A stretch of 20,000 nucleotides of DNA from Deltaproteobacteria bacterium (GTDB lineage: Bacteria; Myxococcota; JACRCW01): assembly GCA_016218805.1 (NCBI GenBank), contig JACRCW010000085.1, positions 112,047 to 132,046 of the forward strand. The letters are read 5' to 3'. Within the stretch, counting starts at the first letter, position 1, and each line of letters begins with the position of its first letter. The notes under the pieces were generated by a model. The model saw only the letters and a list, made by a program, of their open reading frames with translations, was not told the origin of the DNA and did not search any database. Made by a program: the position numbers and the translations under genes. This document shows, piece after piece, positions 1 through 7,302 of the stretch.

Positions 1-40
1 TCGCCTGTCGACCCGGGGCTGCCGCGTTATGCCTCCGCCC

Positions 41-922
41 ATGACGGCGGCCGGGTTTTCAACGCGCGCACGGCGGCTGCCCACCTTGGGCGTGGGCATT
101 TCCACGGAATACGGGGCATCGCAGTCGGGCGCGCTGCACCCGCTGGACCTGCACGCGCGTCATCCTGGCGTGGTGGAGTTCCTGGAGTTGGGCGTGGAGA
201 CGGTGAAGGGATTGGACGCGGACGGTCAGGCGTGGGCGGACGCCGGCCTGCCCACCACCTACCACTTCCTGGACGTCAACCTGGACGAACCCGACGACCT
301 GGACGAGGACTGGCTGGAGGAAGTGCGTGCGTTGTTGCAGCGGGCGCGCCCCGCGTGGCTGTGTGGTGACGCGGGGCTGTGGCACCTGGGCGCGCGCGAG
401 CGCGGACACATGCTGCTGCTGCCACCCATCCTCTCCCACGACGGCGTGGCTCCGATGGCGGACGGGATCCGCGCGCTGCGCGCGGCCACCGGACTGGAGG
501 TGTTTCCGGAGAACCCGCCGGGTCGCGTGTTTCTCGGTGACCTGCACGTGCTGGACTTCTTCGGTCGTGTGGTGGACGCCGCGGACACCGGCCTGCTGCT
601 GGACTGCGCCCACCTGGCCATCTTCCAGCGCCTGCGCGGGCTGCCGCCGCTGGCGGGGCTGGACGGCTTTCCGCTGGACCGCGTGGTGGAGATGCACGTG
701 GCCGGCGGCACACCCATGGAGCATGACGGATTCCGCTGGGTGGAAGATGACCACGGCCCGGAGCCGCTGGCGGACACGTGGATGATCTTTGACCACGTGG
801 TGGCGCGCGCTCCCAACCTGCGCGCCGTGGTCTTCGAGTGCGAGCGCAACACCGCCGACGAGATCCTGCCCGGGTTCCACCGCCTCCACGCAGCGCTGGC
901 CGGGCGCGGGACGCGCCGGTGA
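41..922 (+). CDS. DUF692 family multinuclear non-haem iron oxidative enzyme (MNIO; MbnB/TglH-like TIM barrel)
   Basis: Ordered DUF692-type motifs: GVGI, EFLE, TTYH, FPENPP, GLLLDCAH, FPLDRVVEMHVAGG, EDDH, VVFECE; ~294 aa. Start ATG 41 (alternative ATG 29). Confidence 0.88.
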   Translation: MTAAGFSTRARRLPTLGVGISTEYGASQSGALHPLDLHARHPGVVEFLELGVETVKGLDADGQAWADAGLPTTYHFLDVNLDEPDDLDEDWLEEVRALLQRARPAWLCGDAGLWHLGARERGHMLLLPPILSHDGVAPMADGIRALRAATGLEVFPENPPGRVFLGDLHVLDFFGRVVDAADTGLLLDCAHLAIFQRLRGLPPLAGLDGFPLDRVVEMHVAGGTPMEHDGFRWVEDDHGPEPLADTWMIFDHVVARAPNLRAVVFECERNTADEILPGFHRLHAALAGRGTRR

Positions 923-1770
923 CCGCCGCGGCGCTGCAGCGCGTGGTGGTCCGGTGCCTGTTTGATCCGGCGCTGCACGACGCCATCCGCGCGGACGGTG
1001 ACCGCGCGCTGGCGGGCGTGCCGCTGTCCGCCGACGAGCGCCGGTGGATCACCGCGGCCGACGGGCGGGCGCTGCGCGCGGACCCGCTCCGGCGGAGGAG
1101 TGCGCTGAAGAGCCTGATGGAGGAGTACCGGACCGCCAGCGCGCTGGCGGTGGGCCTGACACGCCGCCTGGCCACGCTGGACGCGTTTTTCTCGTCCGGA
1201 CTGTTTCACCGCGCCGTGCAGGACCGGGGATCCCTGGGCGCCGCGTTTGGGGCGTACCTGGTGCAACTGGCGGACGGTGCGCTGGCTGAGCCGCGCCTCC
1301 GCCACCTGGCCACCCTGGAGCGTGCGCTGGCGCGTGTGCGTCGCGCGCCCCGCCCGCGGCCGGTGCTTCCCGCACCGCTGCGTGACAACGGACGCTACCG
1401 CACCGCGCCGCATGTGGTTCCCCTCTCCGTCGCCGGCGGGACCCTGGAGGTCCTGCATGCGCTTGAACGCCTGCTGTTTGACATCACGCTTGCACCGGCG
1501 GCCGCCCTTGCCGACGACGGCCCGCGCCTGGGCCCCCTGCCCGCGCTGGACGCCTCCACGCGCCACCTGCTGGCGGAGCGTGCCCCGGGCGTGCACGAGG
1601 CCACCCTTGCCGATGCCACCGCCGGCCTGTGCGGCCTGCTGTGGCACGCGGCCACGCCGGTCACCGGTGCGGCCCTGCAGGCGCACGCCCGGGAACTGGG
1701 GGCGGACGCGGCGGAGGCGCCGGCGCTGGTGCAGGGTCTGCTGGACACCGGCCTGTTGCGGCCCTGCTGA
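919..1770 (+). CDS. MNIO partner protein (DUF2063/MbnC/TglI-like role), helical N-terminus plus probable C-terminal winged-helix RRE-like domain
   Basis: GTG at 919 overlaps the MNIO stop (GTGA, 919-922). Central 'FFSS..FH......GSLGAAFGAYL....LRHLATLERALARVR' resembles DUF692 partner proteins. The C-terminus 'TPVTGAALQAHARELGADAAEAPALVQGLLDTGLL' looks like a PqqD/wHTH helix set. Confidence 0.65.
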   Translation: MTAAALQRVVVRCLFDPALHDAIRADGDRALAGVPLSADERRWITAADGRALRADPLRRRSALKSLMEEYRTASALAVGLTRRLATLDAFFSSGLFHRAVQDRGSLGAAFGAYLVQLADGALAEPRLRHLATLERALARVRRAPRPRPVLPAPLRDNGRYRTAPHVVPLSVAGGTLEVLHALERLLFDITLAPAAALADDGPRLGPLPALDASTRHLLAERAPGVHEATLADATAGLCGLLWHAATPVTGAALQAHARELGADAAEAPALVQGLLDTGLLRPC

Positions 1771-1813
1771 CGCCGTTGCGCCGCTCTTCTGCACGTGGGA
1801 CACGCGCCGGACC

Positions 1814-2581
1814 ATGTGCACCATTGGCTCCGTGGTGGACCGCGCCGGCGGGCGCATCCGCACCTTCAAGCAGTGCGACCTTCCCGTCCTGACCCGGTTC
1901 CTGCCGCCGTCCGTGGAGGAGGGTGCGGACGGCATCTGGTACCTCCCGTTCCGGCGCGAAGGCGCCGCCGGCCCGTGGGCGGGCGTCAACAACTACGGCG
2001 TGGCGCTGGTGGCCGCGGACGCCTACCTGGACCCGGAGCTCAACAACCCCTCGGAGCCCGAGGGTGATGCGCTGGAGGCCTATGAGCACGTGGTTGCCCG
2101 GTTCATGTCAGCGCAGGGGGCGGCGGAGTTCATGGCCGGTTTCTACGAGGACCTCGGTGCGCCGGACATCGTGCTCGTCAGCGACCCGCGCGAGGCGTTT
2201 CTGGTTGAGTACTCGCCGACGTGGGGCGTGCGGGTGGCCCACGCGGAGGCGGGCTTCCTGGCATCCACCAACCACTTCCAGTTGCTTCCCGGCGGCATCA
2301 CGGAGGACCAGGACCCCAGCACGCACGCCCGGCTGGCGCGCGCGGTGGACCTCCTGGGTGAGGACCCCTCCACCGACGGTGTCCATGACCTGCTGTGTGA
2401 CCAGGCGTACGGCGCCACGGACCTCTCCATCTGCCGCGTGGCGGAGCGTCCCGGCGGCTACTTCACGCAGGCCTCGGTCCTGTTTGAGGTGGACGAGGAC
2501 GGCCGCGTGGACTGTGCCTATCAGCTCAACGGCAACCCGCGCGCCACGTTGTGGGTCCCGGTGCCGGACGTGTTTGGCTAG
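1814..2581 (+). CDS. Ntn-hydrolase (N-terminal Cys nucleophile; peptidase C45/NRDE-like)
   Basis: ATG 1814 gives M-C-T-I, i.e. Cys exposed after Met removal. Also has 'WAGVNNYGVAL' (GxNxxG), 'AFLVE', 'STNHF', 'STHARLARA' and 'TQASVLF', typical of C45/NRDE-type Ntn folds. The upstream extension to 1247 overlaps the previous gene and is unlikely. Confidence 0.75.
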   Translation: MCTIGSVVDRAGGRIRTFKQCDLPVLTRFLPPSVEEGADGIWYLPFRREGAAGPWAGVNNYGVALVAADAYLDPELNNPSEPEGDALEAYEHVVARFMSAQGAAEFMAGFYEDLGAPDIVLVSDPREAFLVEYSPTWGVRVAHAEAGFLASTNHFQLLPGGITEDQDPSTHARLARAVDLLGEDPSTDGVHDLLCDQAYGATDLSICRVAERPGGYFTQASVLFEVDEDGRVDCAYQLNGNPRATLWVPVPDVFG

Positions 2582-2591
2582 CGGGCACGCC

Positions 2592-2620
2592 TTTACACGG
2601 CCCCGCGCGCGCTTGATCAT
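2592..2620 (+). promoter_or_regulatory. Putative sigma70-type promoter, probably giving a leaderless GNAT mRNA
   Basis: TTTACA (2592-2597), 17 nt, GATCAT (2615-2620), then 6 nt to ATG 2627; no Shine-Dalgarno in between. Confidence 0.45.
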
Positions 2621-2626
2621 CCGCCC

Positions 2627-3262
2627 ATGAAGTTCGGTGTGCAGCGTCGTGGCATCTACCTGGCGCCCCTGCGCGGGCTGGACCGCATGTGGATCTTTTC
2701 GCAGCTGGAGGCCCCGGAGATCCGGGACAACCTGGGCGTGGAGGAGGGTGACCAGTTGGGGCTGCGCATGGAGCACAGCCTGGGGAAGATTGTGCTGGGC
2801 ACCATCCGGCGGGTGGTGAACCGGCAGCGGATAGGTTTTGTGGCCATGCGGCACCCGGCGGGGGACCAGGATTTCTGGGACTTCAGCTACGCGATTCCCG
2901 ACGCGCGCCACCGGGACGCCTTCAGCGCCATGCACTCCATTGATGCCATTGTGCACTACATGCTGGACCACCTGGGCGTACCCGCGGTGGGCGGCCTCAC
3001 GCGTGAGGACAACCTCCCCGCGCAAGTGGTGGCCCGGCGCATTGGCTACCGCATCATTGACACGCGCGACTACGGCGACGGCATCCGCTGGTCCGTGTTT
3101 CGCTTTGGCCGCGAGGAATGGGCGCGGCGGGTGGCCCGGCTGGAGCGCGGCGAGGCCTCCCACCCGTCCGGCCTGGGCCGCGTCTTCCACGTGCTGCCGG
3201 AGGCGCCGTTTGACCCGGTGGTCACCCCGGAGTTGCTGGCGGAACACGGTGGGGACGGGTGA
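2627..3262 (+). CDS. GNAT-fold protein (RimJ/RimL-like N-acetyltransferase family)
   Basis: 'RIGFVAM...WDFSYAIPDARHR...IDAIVHYMLDHLGVPAVGGLTREDNLPAQVVARRIGY' matches the Acetyltransf_3 layout (N-x-x-A/S-x4-R-x-G-Y/F). The acetyl-CoA loop is degenerate. Confidence 0.75.
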   Translation: MKFGVQRRGIYLAPLRGLDRMWIFSQLEAPEIRDNLGVEEGDQLGLRMEHSLGKIVLGTIRRVVNRQRIGFVAMRHPAGDQDFWDFSYAIPDARHRDAFSAMHSIDAIVHYMLDHLGVPAVGGLTREDNLPAQVVARRIGYRIIDTRDYGDGIRWSVFRFGREEWARRVARLERGEASHPSGLGRVFHVLPEAPFDPVVTPELLAEHGGDG

Positions 3263-3987
3263 GCGCTGCCGCCCGGAGCCTGGCCGCGCGCCTGCGGGCG
3301 GCGCCGCACTCCGTCGCCACGCTGTCCGTCCGCCTGGCCGGCATCCCGCTGCGGCGCCAGGGCACGCATGACTCGCTTTGCGCTTACTACGCGGCGGCCA
3401 CCGCGCTGTGCGCGCTGCACCCGTGGATGGCGGAGGGGTTTGATGCGTCCCGCGCGGAGCATGATCCGTTGCTGGCGCACCTGCCGCGCCGCGGCCGCTC
3501 ACTGGACGCGCTGGTGACGGGCGCCCTGTTCACCGGGCTGCACCTGCGGGACCTGGCCACGGCCATGAACCGCGTCTGCCGTGGCACCGGGACCCTGTTC
3601 CAGTACCGCGTGCTCCACCGCCGGGCGGTGGCCCAGGTGGCCGCCCCGGTGTTGGCCGGCCTCCCCGCGGTGCTCGGCTGGGAGGGCCCGGAAATCGGCA
3701 ATCACACCGTGGTGGTGCACGGTGTGAAGCGGGCCCGCGGCGCGCCACGGACGTGGCTGGAGTTGCTGGACCCCGCGCTGGCGCTGGACGCGGTGGAGTG
3801 GGGCCAGTTGGTGGCGCTGGCCGGCGGGACCCTGGAGGCCATCCTGTGCGTGCGCCACGCGGGCATGCGCCCGGACCGGGTGACCACCGCCAAGGGGCCG
3901 GGCGGAAACCTGGTGCGCAGCCACTGCCGCGTGGAGCGCCTGGACCCGCGCACGGAGCGGTGGACGGCGCTGGTGGCGCCGGCATGA
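3259..3987 (+). CDS. Stand-alone C39-like (papain-fold) cysteine peptidase
   Basis: GTG start overlaps the GNAT stop (GTGA). Q34-x6-C41 ('RQGTHDSLCAYYA'), H149 ('NHTVVVHG') and D171 ('LLDP') fit the Q/C/H/D arrangement of C39-like peptidases. Confidence 0.65.
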   Translation: MSAAARSLAARLRAAPHSVATLSVRLAGIPLRRQGTHDSLCAYYAAATALCALHPWMAEGFDASRAEHDPLLAHLPRRGRSLDALVTGALFTGLHLRDLATAMNRVCRGTGTLFQYRVLHRRAVAQVAAPVLAGLPAVLGWEGPEIGNHTVVVHGVKRARGAPRTWLELLDPALALDAVEWGQLVALAGGTLEAILCVRHAGMRPDRVTTAKGPGGNLVRSHCRVERLDPRTERWTALVAPA

Positions 3988-3997
3988 CAATCAGCGC

Positions 3998-4672
3998 TCA
4001 GCTGCGGCTGGAGGTGTCCCACCACTTGGACAGGGACGCGTGCCGGGGTGCGTGGTGGATGCCGTAGTGCGAAATGTCGTTGTACAGCAGCAACCGCGCG
4101 CGCGTGGCGTCGCGGAAGTCCAGCACGTTGAGACAGCACGGACTCTGGTCCAGCCGGTCGCGGTAGCCGCGCAGGTCAAAACCCAGCAGACTGCCAATGA
4201 GCAGCCGGATGGTGGCCTTGTGGCTGATGACCAACACCGTCTGTTCCGGGTGCTTCTCCACAATCCCGCGCAGCGCCGGCAGCGCCCGGGCCAGCACCGC
4301 CAGGCCGCTCTCCCCGCCCTGCGGCGCGCACGTGAAGGGGTCCGCATCCCAGTTGGCGTATTCGCCGCCAAACCGGGCCTCAACCTCCGCGCGGGTCAGC
4401 TGCTCCCAGCGCCCGTGGTGAATCTCGCGCAGGCCTTCCACCGGCTCAACCTTCATGAGGTGCGGCTCCGCCAGGATCTCCGCGGTGCGCTGCGTGCGCT
4501 TCATGGGTGAGGCATAGATGGCCGCCAGCGGCGAACCGCGCAGCCGCGCCGCCAACATGCGCGCCTGGTGCTCCCCGTCCTCGGACAGCGGCGTGTCCGT
4601 GGCACCGCCAAAGCGGTCATCCGCGGACAGCGAGGTCGCGCCATGCCGGACGAGGAGCACACGCGTGGTCAA
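3998..4672 (-). CDS. Histidine phosphatase (phosphoglycerate mutase-like/CobC-like family)
   Basis: 'LLVRHGAT' (RHG), 'SPMKRTQRTA', 'LREIHHGRWE', 'GGES', 'VISH'. TTG start with GGAGG 6 nt upstream. Confidence 0.93.
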   Translation of the reverse strand: MTTRVLLVRHGATSLSADDRFGGATDTPLSEDGEHQARMLAARLRGSPLAAIYASPMKRTQRTAEILAEPHLMKVEPVEGLREIHHGRWEQLTRAEVEARFGGEYANWDADPFTCAPQGGESGLAVLARALPALRGIVEKHPEQTVLVISHKATIRLLIGSLLGFDLRGYRDRLDQSPCCLNVLDFRDATRARLLLYNDISHYGIHHAPRHASLSKWWDTSSRS

Positions 4673-4732
4673 CCGCCACCTCCGGGCGGAATCCTGTGCC
4701 CGGGCGGGGGAGGGAGCAAATTTCCCGGCGGG

Positions 4733-6361
4733 TCAGGGCGCCGGTGGCGCTGCGCCCGCATCCGGCCCCGGCGCCGCCGCAAGGTCCAGCGCTGCCTCTG
4801 CCATCACCTCCGGCGCGCACTGCCCCGTCTCGCTCCATGCCTGGTACAGCCGGTCGCTCCACGCATCGGACCGGTTCTCTTCGACAAGGAACCGCAGGTA
4901 CTCCCAGCTCACGGACTGGTAGTACAGACGCACCTCCACGCGCGCGGTGCCCGGCGGAACGGTCAGCGGGACGTCATCCCAGGACTGGCCGTCCGCGTAG
5001 GTGGCGCCCACCGGCGCGGCCAGGTGCGTGGCAAATGCCTGGTTGCTGAACCCCTCCGGCGGGATGCGGTTGTCGCTCACCATGACGTCATTGAGCACAA
5101 AGTGGAATGACTTGCCCGGCTTCTTGCGGTACCGCGCCGCCTGTTTTGGGCTCAGGCCGGGGAGCGCCTGGTAGACACGCGTCCGCTCCGGGTCCAGCAG
5201 CGTGGGGACGCTGACCGGCTTGCCCTTCAGGCGTGCCTCGGTGTTCCCGTAGCGGCCCACCTCGGCCAGCACCGCGCCCGCCACGTCCAGAAAGCGCGCG
5301 TTGACCCACGCGCGGCGCCCCTCCGGGTAGCCGGTGGGCAGCTTGTGGCCGGTCAGGTTGACCACGCGCACGTTGACCTGCCCCGCGCCGCGCACGGTGA
5401 GCTCCAGGCGCGCGGCCCGGCGCAACAACTGGCGTGCCTGCTCCGCGCCCCATTCCAGCGCGCTGGGGTCCACCTCGCGCGCGGGGAAGATGGCCGCCAC
5501 GGCCCGCGGCGCCCAGGACGACCCGCCGACGATGGCGTGGCTGACGAAGTGCGGCCGCTGCAGGCTGCCGAACCGCGACGCCTGCCCGCCACCCGGCACC
5601 GCCGGCATGTGACACGCCTGGCACGTGCCCTCCGCGCCCTTCTGCGCAAACGCGCTCAGCGCCCATTCGCTGTAGGTCCGCTCAATGGCGCCGTAGGCGT
5701 GGGGCGGCAGCGTGCGCACGTCAGCGCCAGCCAGCGGGTTGGACACGTTGTGGCACGTACCGCACAGCTCACCCGACGCCTGGAACTCCCCCTTCATCAC
5801 GTTGTGCGGCATGGCCCCCCGCCCGTCCCCGTACGGGCCGCGCACGGTGTTCTCCCCGTCCACCACCATCATGCCGCTGCCCAACCCGGGCGGAACCGTC
5901 TTGGCGTGCTGCGCCGCTTCCGCGCTGCGCGGATCCACCAGGTGGTGGCACACCTCGCAGCTGACCCCGTGCATGTCCTCCGGCGTCAGCAGCGCCCCGT
6001 CCGGCGCCTTGGAGCGTCCCTCCAGCCAGCCCCGCGGGGCGTGACACCGGATGCACCACTCGCCCACGCCGGGGATGTCCTGGTTGGCCACCGCCAGCGC
6101 GGAACGAAACACCGGGTCCCGCGCGGCCTGGGACATCATGGTTGCCTCCCAGGAGAAGAACGGGTCCGCGTCACCGTTGCGGGTCTGGTTGTGGCAGCGG
6201 CGGCACTGCGCCACCTTGCCCAGCTCAATGCCGCCCTCTCCCGGCTGCGTGCCCGGCAGGAACACACCTGTGGGAGCAGGCGGCGCGGCCAGCGCGCCCG
6301 TGGGCAGGCGGAGCAACGTCACCAGACAAGCGCACGCAACGACGGGCCGACGGAAGGACAT
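4733..6361 (-). CDS. Secreted/periplasmic multihaem (5 x CxxCH) c-type cytochrome
   Basis: CRRCH, CIRCH, CEVCH, CGTCH, CQACH. C-terminal 'NLTGHKLPTGYPEGRR' beta-domain common in this cytochrome group. Signal peptide from ATG 6361 (MSFRRPVVACACLVTLL...ALA). Confidence 0.88.
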   Translation of the reverse strand: MSFRRPVVACACLVTLLRLPTGALAAPPAPTGVFLPGTQPGEGGIELGKVAQCRRCHNQTRNGDADPFFSWEATMMSQAARDPVFRSALAVANQDIPGVGEWCIRCHAPRGWLEGRSKAPDGALLTPEDMHGVSCEVCHHLVDPRSAEAAQHAKTVPPGLGSGMMVVDGENTVRGPYGDGRGAMPHNVMKGEFQASGELCGTCHNVSNPLAGADVRTLPPHAYGAIERTYSEWALSAFAQKGAEGTCQACHMPAVPGGGQASRFGSLQRPHFVSHAIVGGSSWAPRAVAAIFPAREVDPSALEWGAEQARQLLRRAARLELTVRGAGQVNVRVVNLTGHKLPTGYPEGRRAWVNARFLDVAGAVLAEVGRYGNTEARLKGKPVSVPTLLDPERTRVYQALPGLSPKQAARYRKKPGKSFHFVLNDVMVSDNRIPPEGFSNQAFATHLAAPVGATYADGQSWDDVPLTVPPGTARVEVRLYYQSVSWEYLRFLVEENRSDAWSDRLYQAWSETGQCAPEVMAEAALDLAAAPGPDAGAAPPAP

Positions 6362-6471
6362 GCCCGCCGGGATACCAAGTCTCCCCGGGTGCCGCATGCA
6401 GCGCGGCCTGAGCGGATATTCCATTCCGGTTCCGCCCGCCGTTGACTAGGCTCGCCGCCCGGAGGTGGCCG

Positions 6472-7299
6472 GTGACTGAACTCGTCCTCGACGTCGCGCG
6501 GAGCAGCCGCCAGCAGGTGGTCGAGGCCATCGTGCTCGCCTTCCGGCACTCGCTGCTGGGCTCGCTGTTCAAGGACGACCGGATGGCCAACCTGTTCACC
6601 GAGAACTGGTCCAAGATCAGTCCGCGCGAGGGCGTGCTCTCCATCAAGGGCATGATGGACGTGTTCAAGGCGGTCCCGGGGTACGACTTTGACAAGGCCC
6701 TGCCCGCGCTGTGCCGCCTCAAGACCTGGGAGCCGTACCTGAAGATGCAGGTGGAGGTCCCCGGCGAATTCGTGATGAAGAAGATCATCGACTACCAGGC
6801 CAAGGCTGCGTCGTGCCGCGTGCCGGACACGGAGCTGGCCAAGGTGCTGCCCTCGGCCGCGCAGGCGCTGTCGGTGTTCTCAGGGCGCGCCCGCCCCATC
6901 TCCGCGCGGCAGCCCGTGGTGACGGAGGCCGCGCCCCCCCGCGGCCGGGCGGTGATCATGATTGTGGCGGGCGTCCTGGCGGGCCTGCTGGTGGCGGGTG
7001 GCGGCGCGGCGTTCCTGCTCACGCGGGAGACCCCGCAGCCGGTGGCGGTGGCGCTGGTTTCTGACGAGATCCCGCTGGCCAGCGCGGAGCGGCTGGGTGA
7101 CACGGTGACCGCACGGCTCAAGGACCGCGTGTGGCTCACCTTCCCCAAGGCGGACCGCCACGAGCAGGTCACGCGCACCCTGGAGCGCTCCACGCGCATC
7201 CCGCGCGTCATGGCGCTGAAGCTGGTGGATGAGGCGGGGAAGGTGGTGGCGGAGGGGCGGTTGGTGGGGACGCAGTCACAGGTGGAGCTGCGCGAGTAG
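6472..7299 (+). CDS. Hypothetical single-pass membrane protein
   Basis: GGAGG (6461-6465) precedes GTG 6472. Strong GC3 codon bias. One hydrophobic segment (AVIMIVAGVLAGLLVAGGGAAFLL) lies between a ~165-aa N-domain and a ~90-aa C-domain. No family recognised. Confidence 0.75.
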   Translation: MTELVLDVARSSRQQVVEAIVLAFRHSLLGSLFKDDRMANLFTENWSKISPREGVLSIKGMMDVFKAVPGYDFDKALPALCRLKTWEPYLKMQVEVPGEFVMKKIIDYQAKAASCRVPDTELAKVLPSAAQALSVFSGRARPISARQPVVTEAAPPRGRAVIMIVAGVLAGLLVAGGGAAFLLTRETPQPVAVALVSDEIPLASAERLGDTVTARLKDRVWLTFPKADRHEQVTRTLERSTRIPRVMALKLVDEAGKVVAEGRLVGTQSQVELRE

Positions 7300-7302
7300 C
7301 GC

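Noticed and set aside
59..3502. Long minus-strand ORFs 59..889, 259..1992, 276..1175, 2108..3502 and the small Cys-rich + ORF 327..785 as a possible MNIO precursor
   Set aside because: They overlap well-supported genes in alternative frames, as is typical of high-GC DNA. The Cys/Trp richness of 327..785 comes from off-frame reading of CTG/GTG codons.
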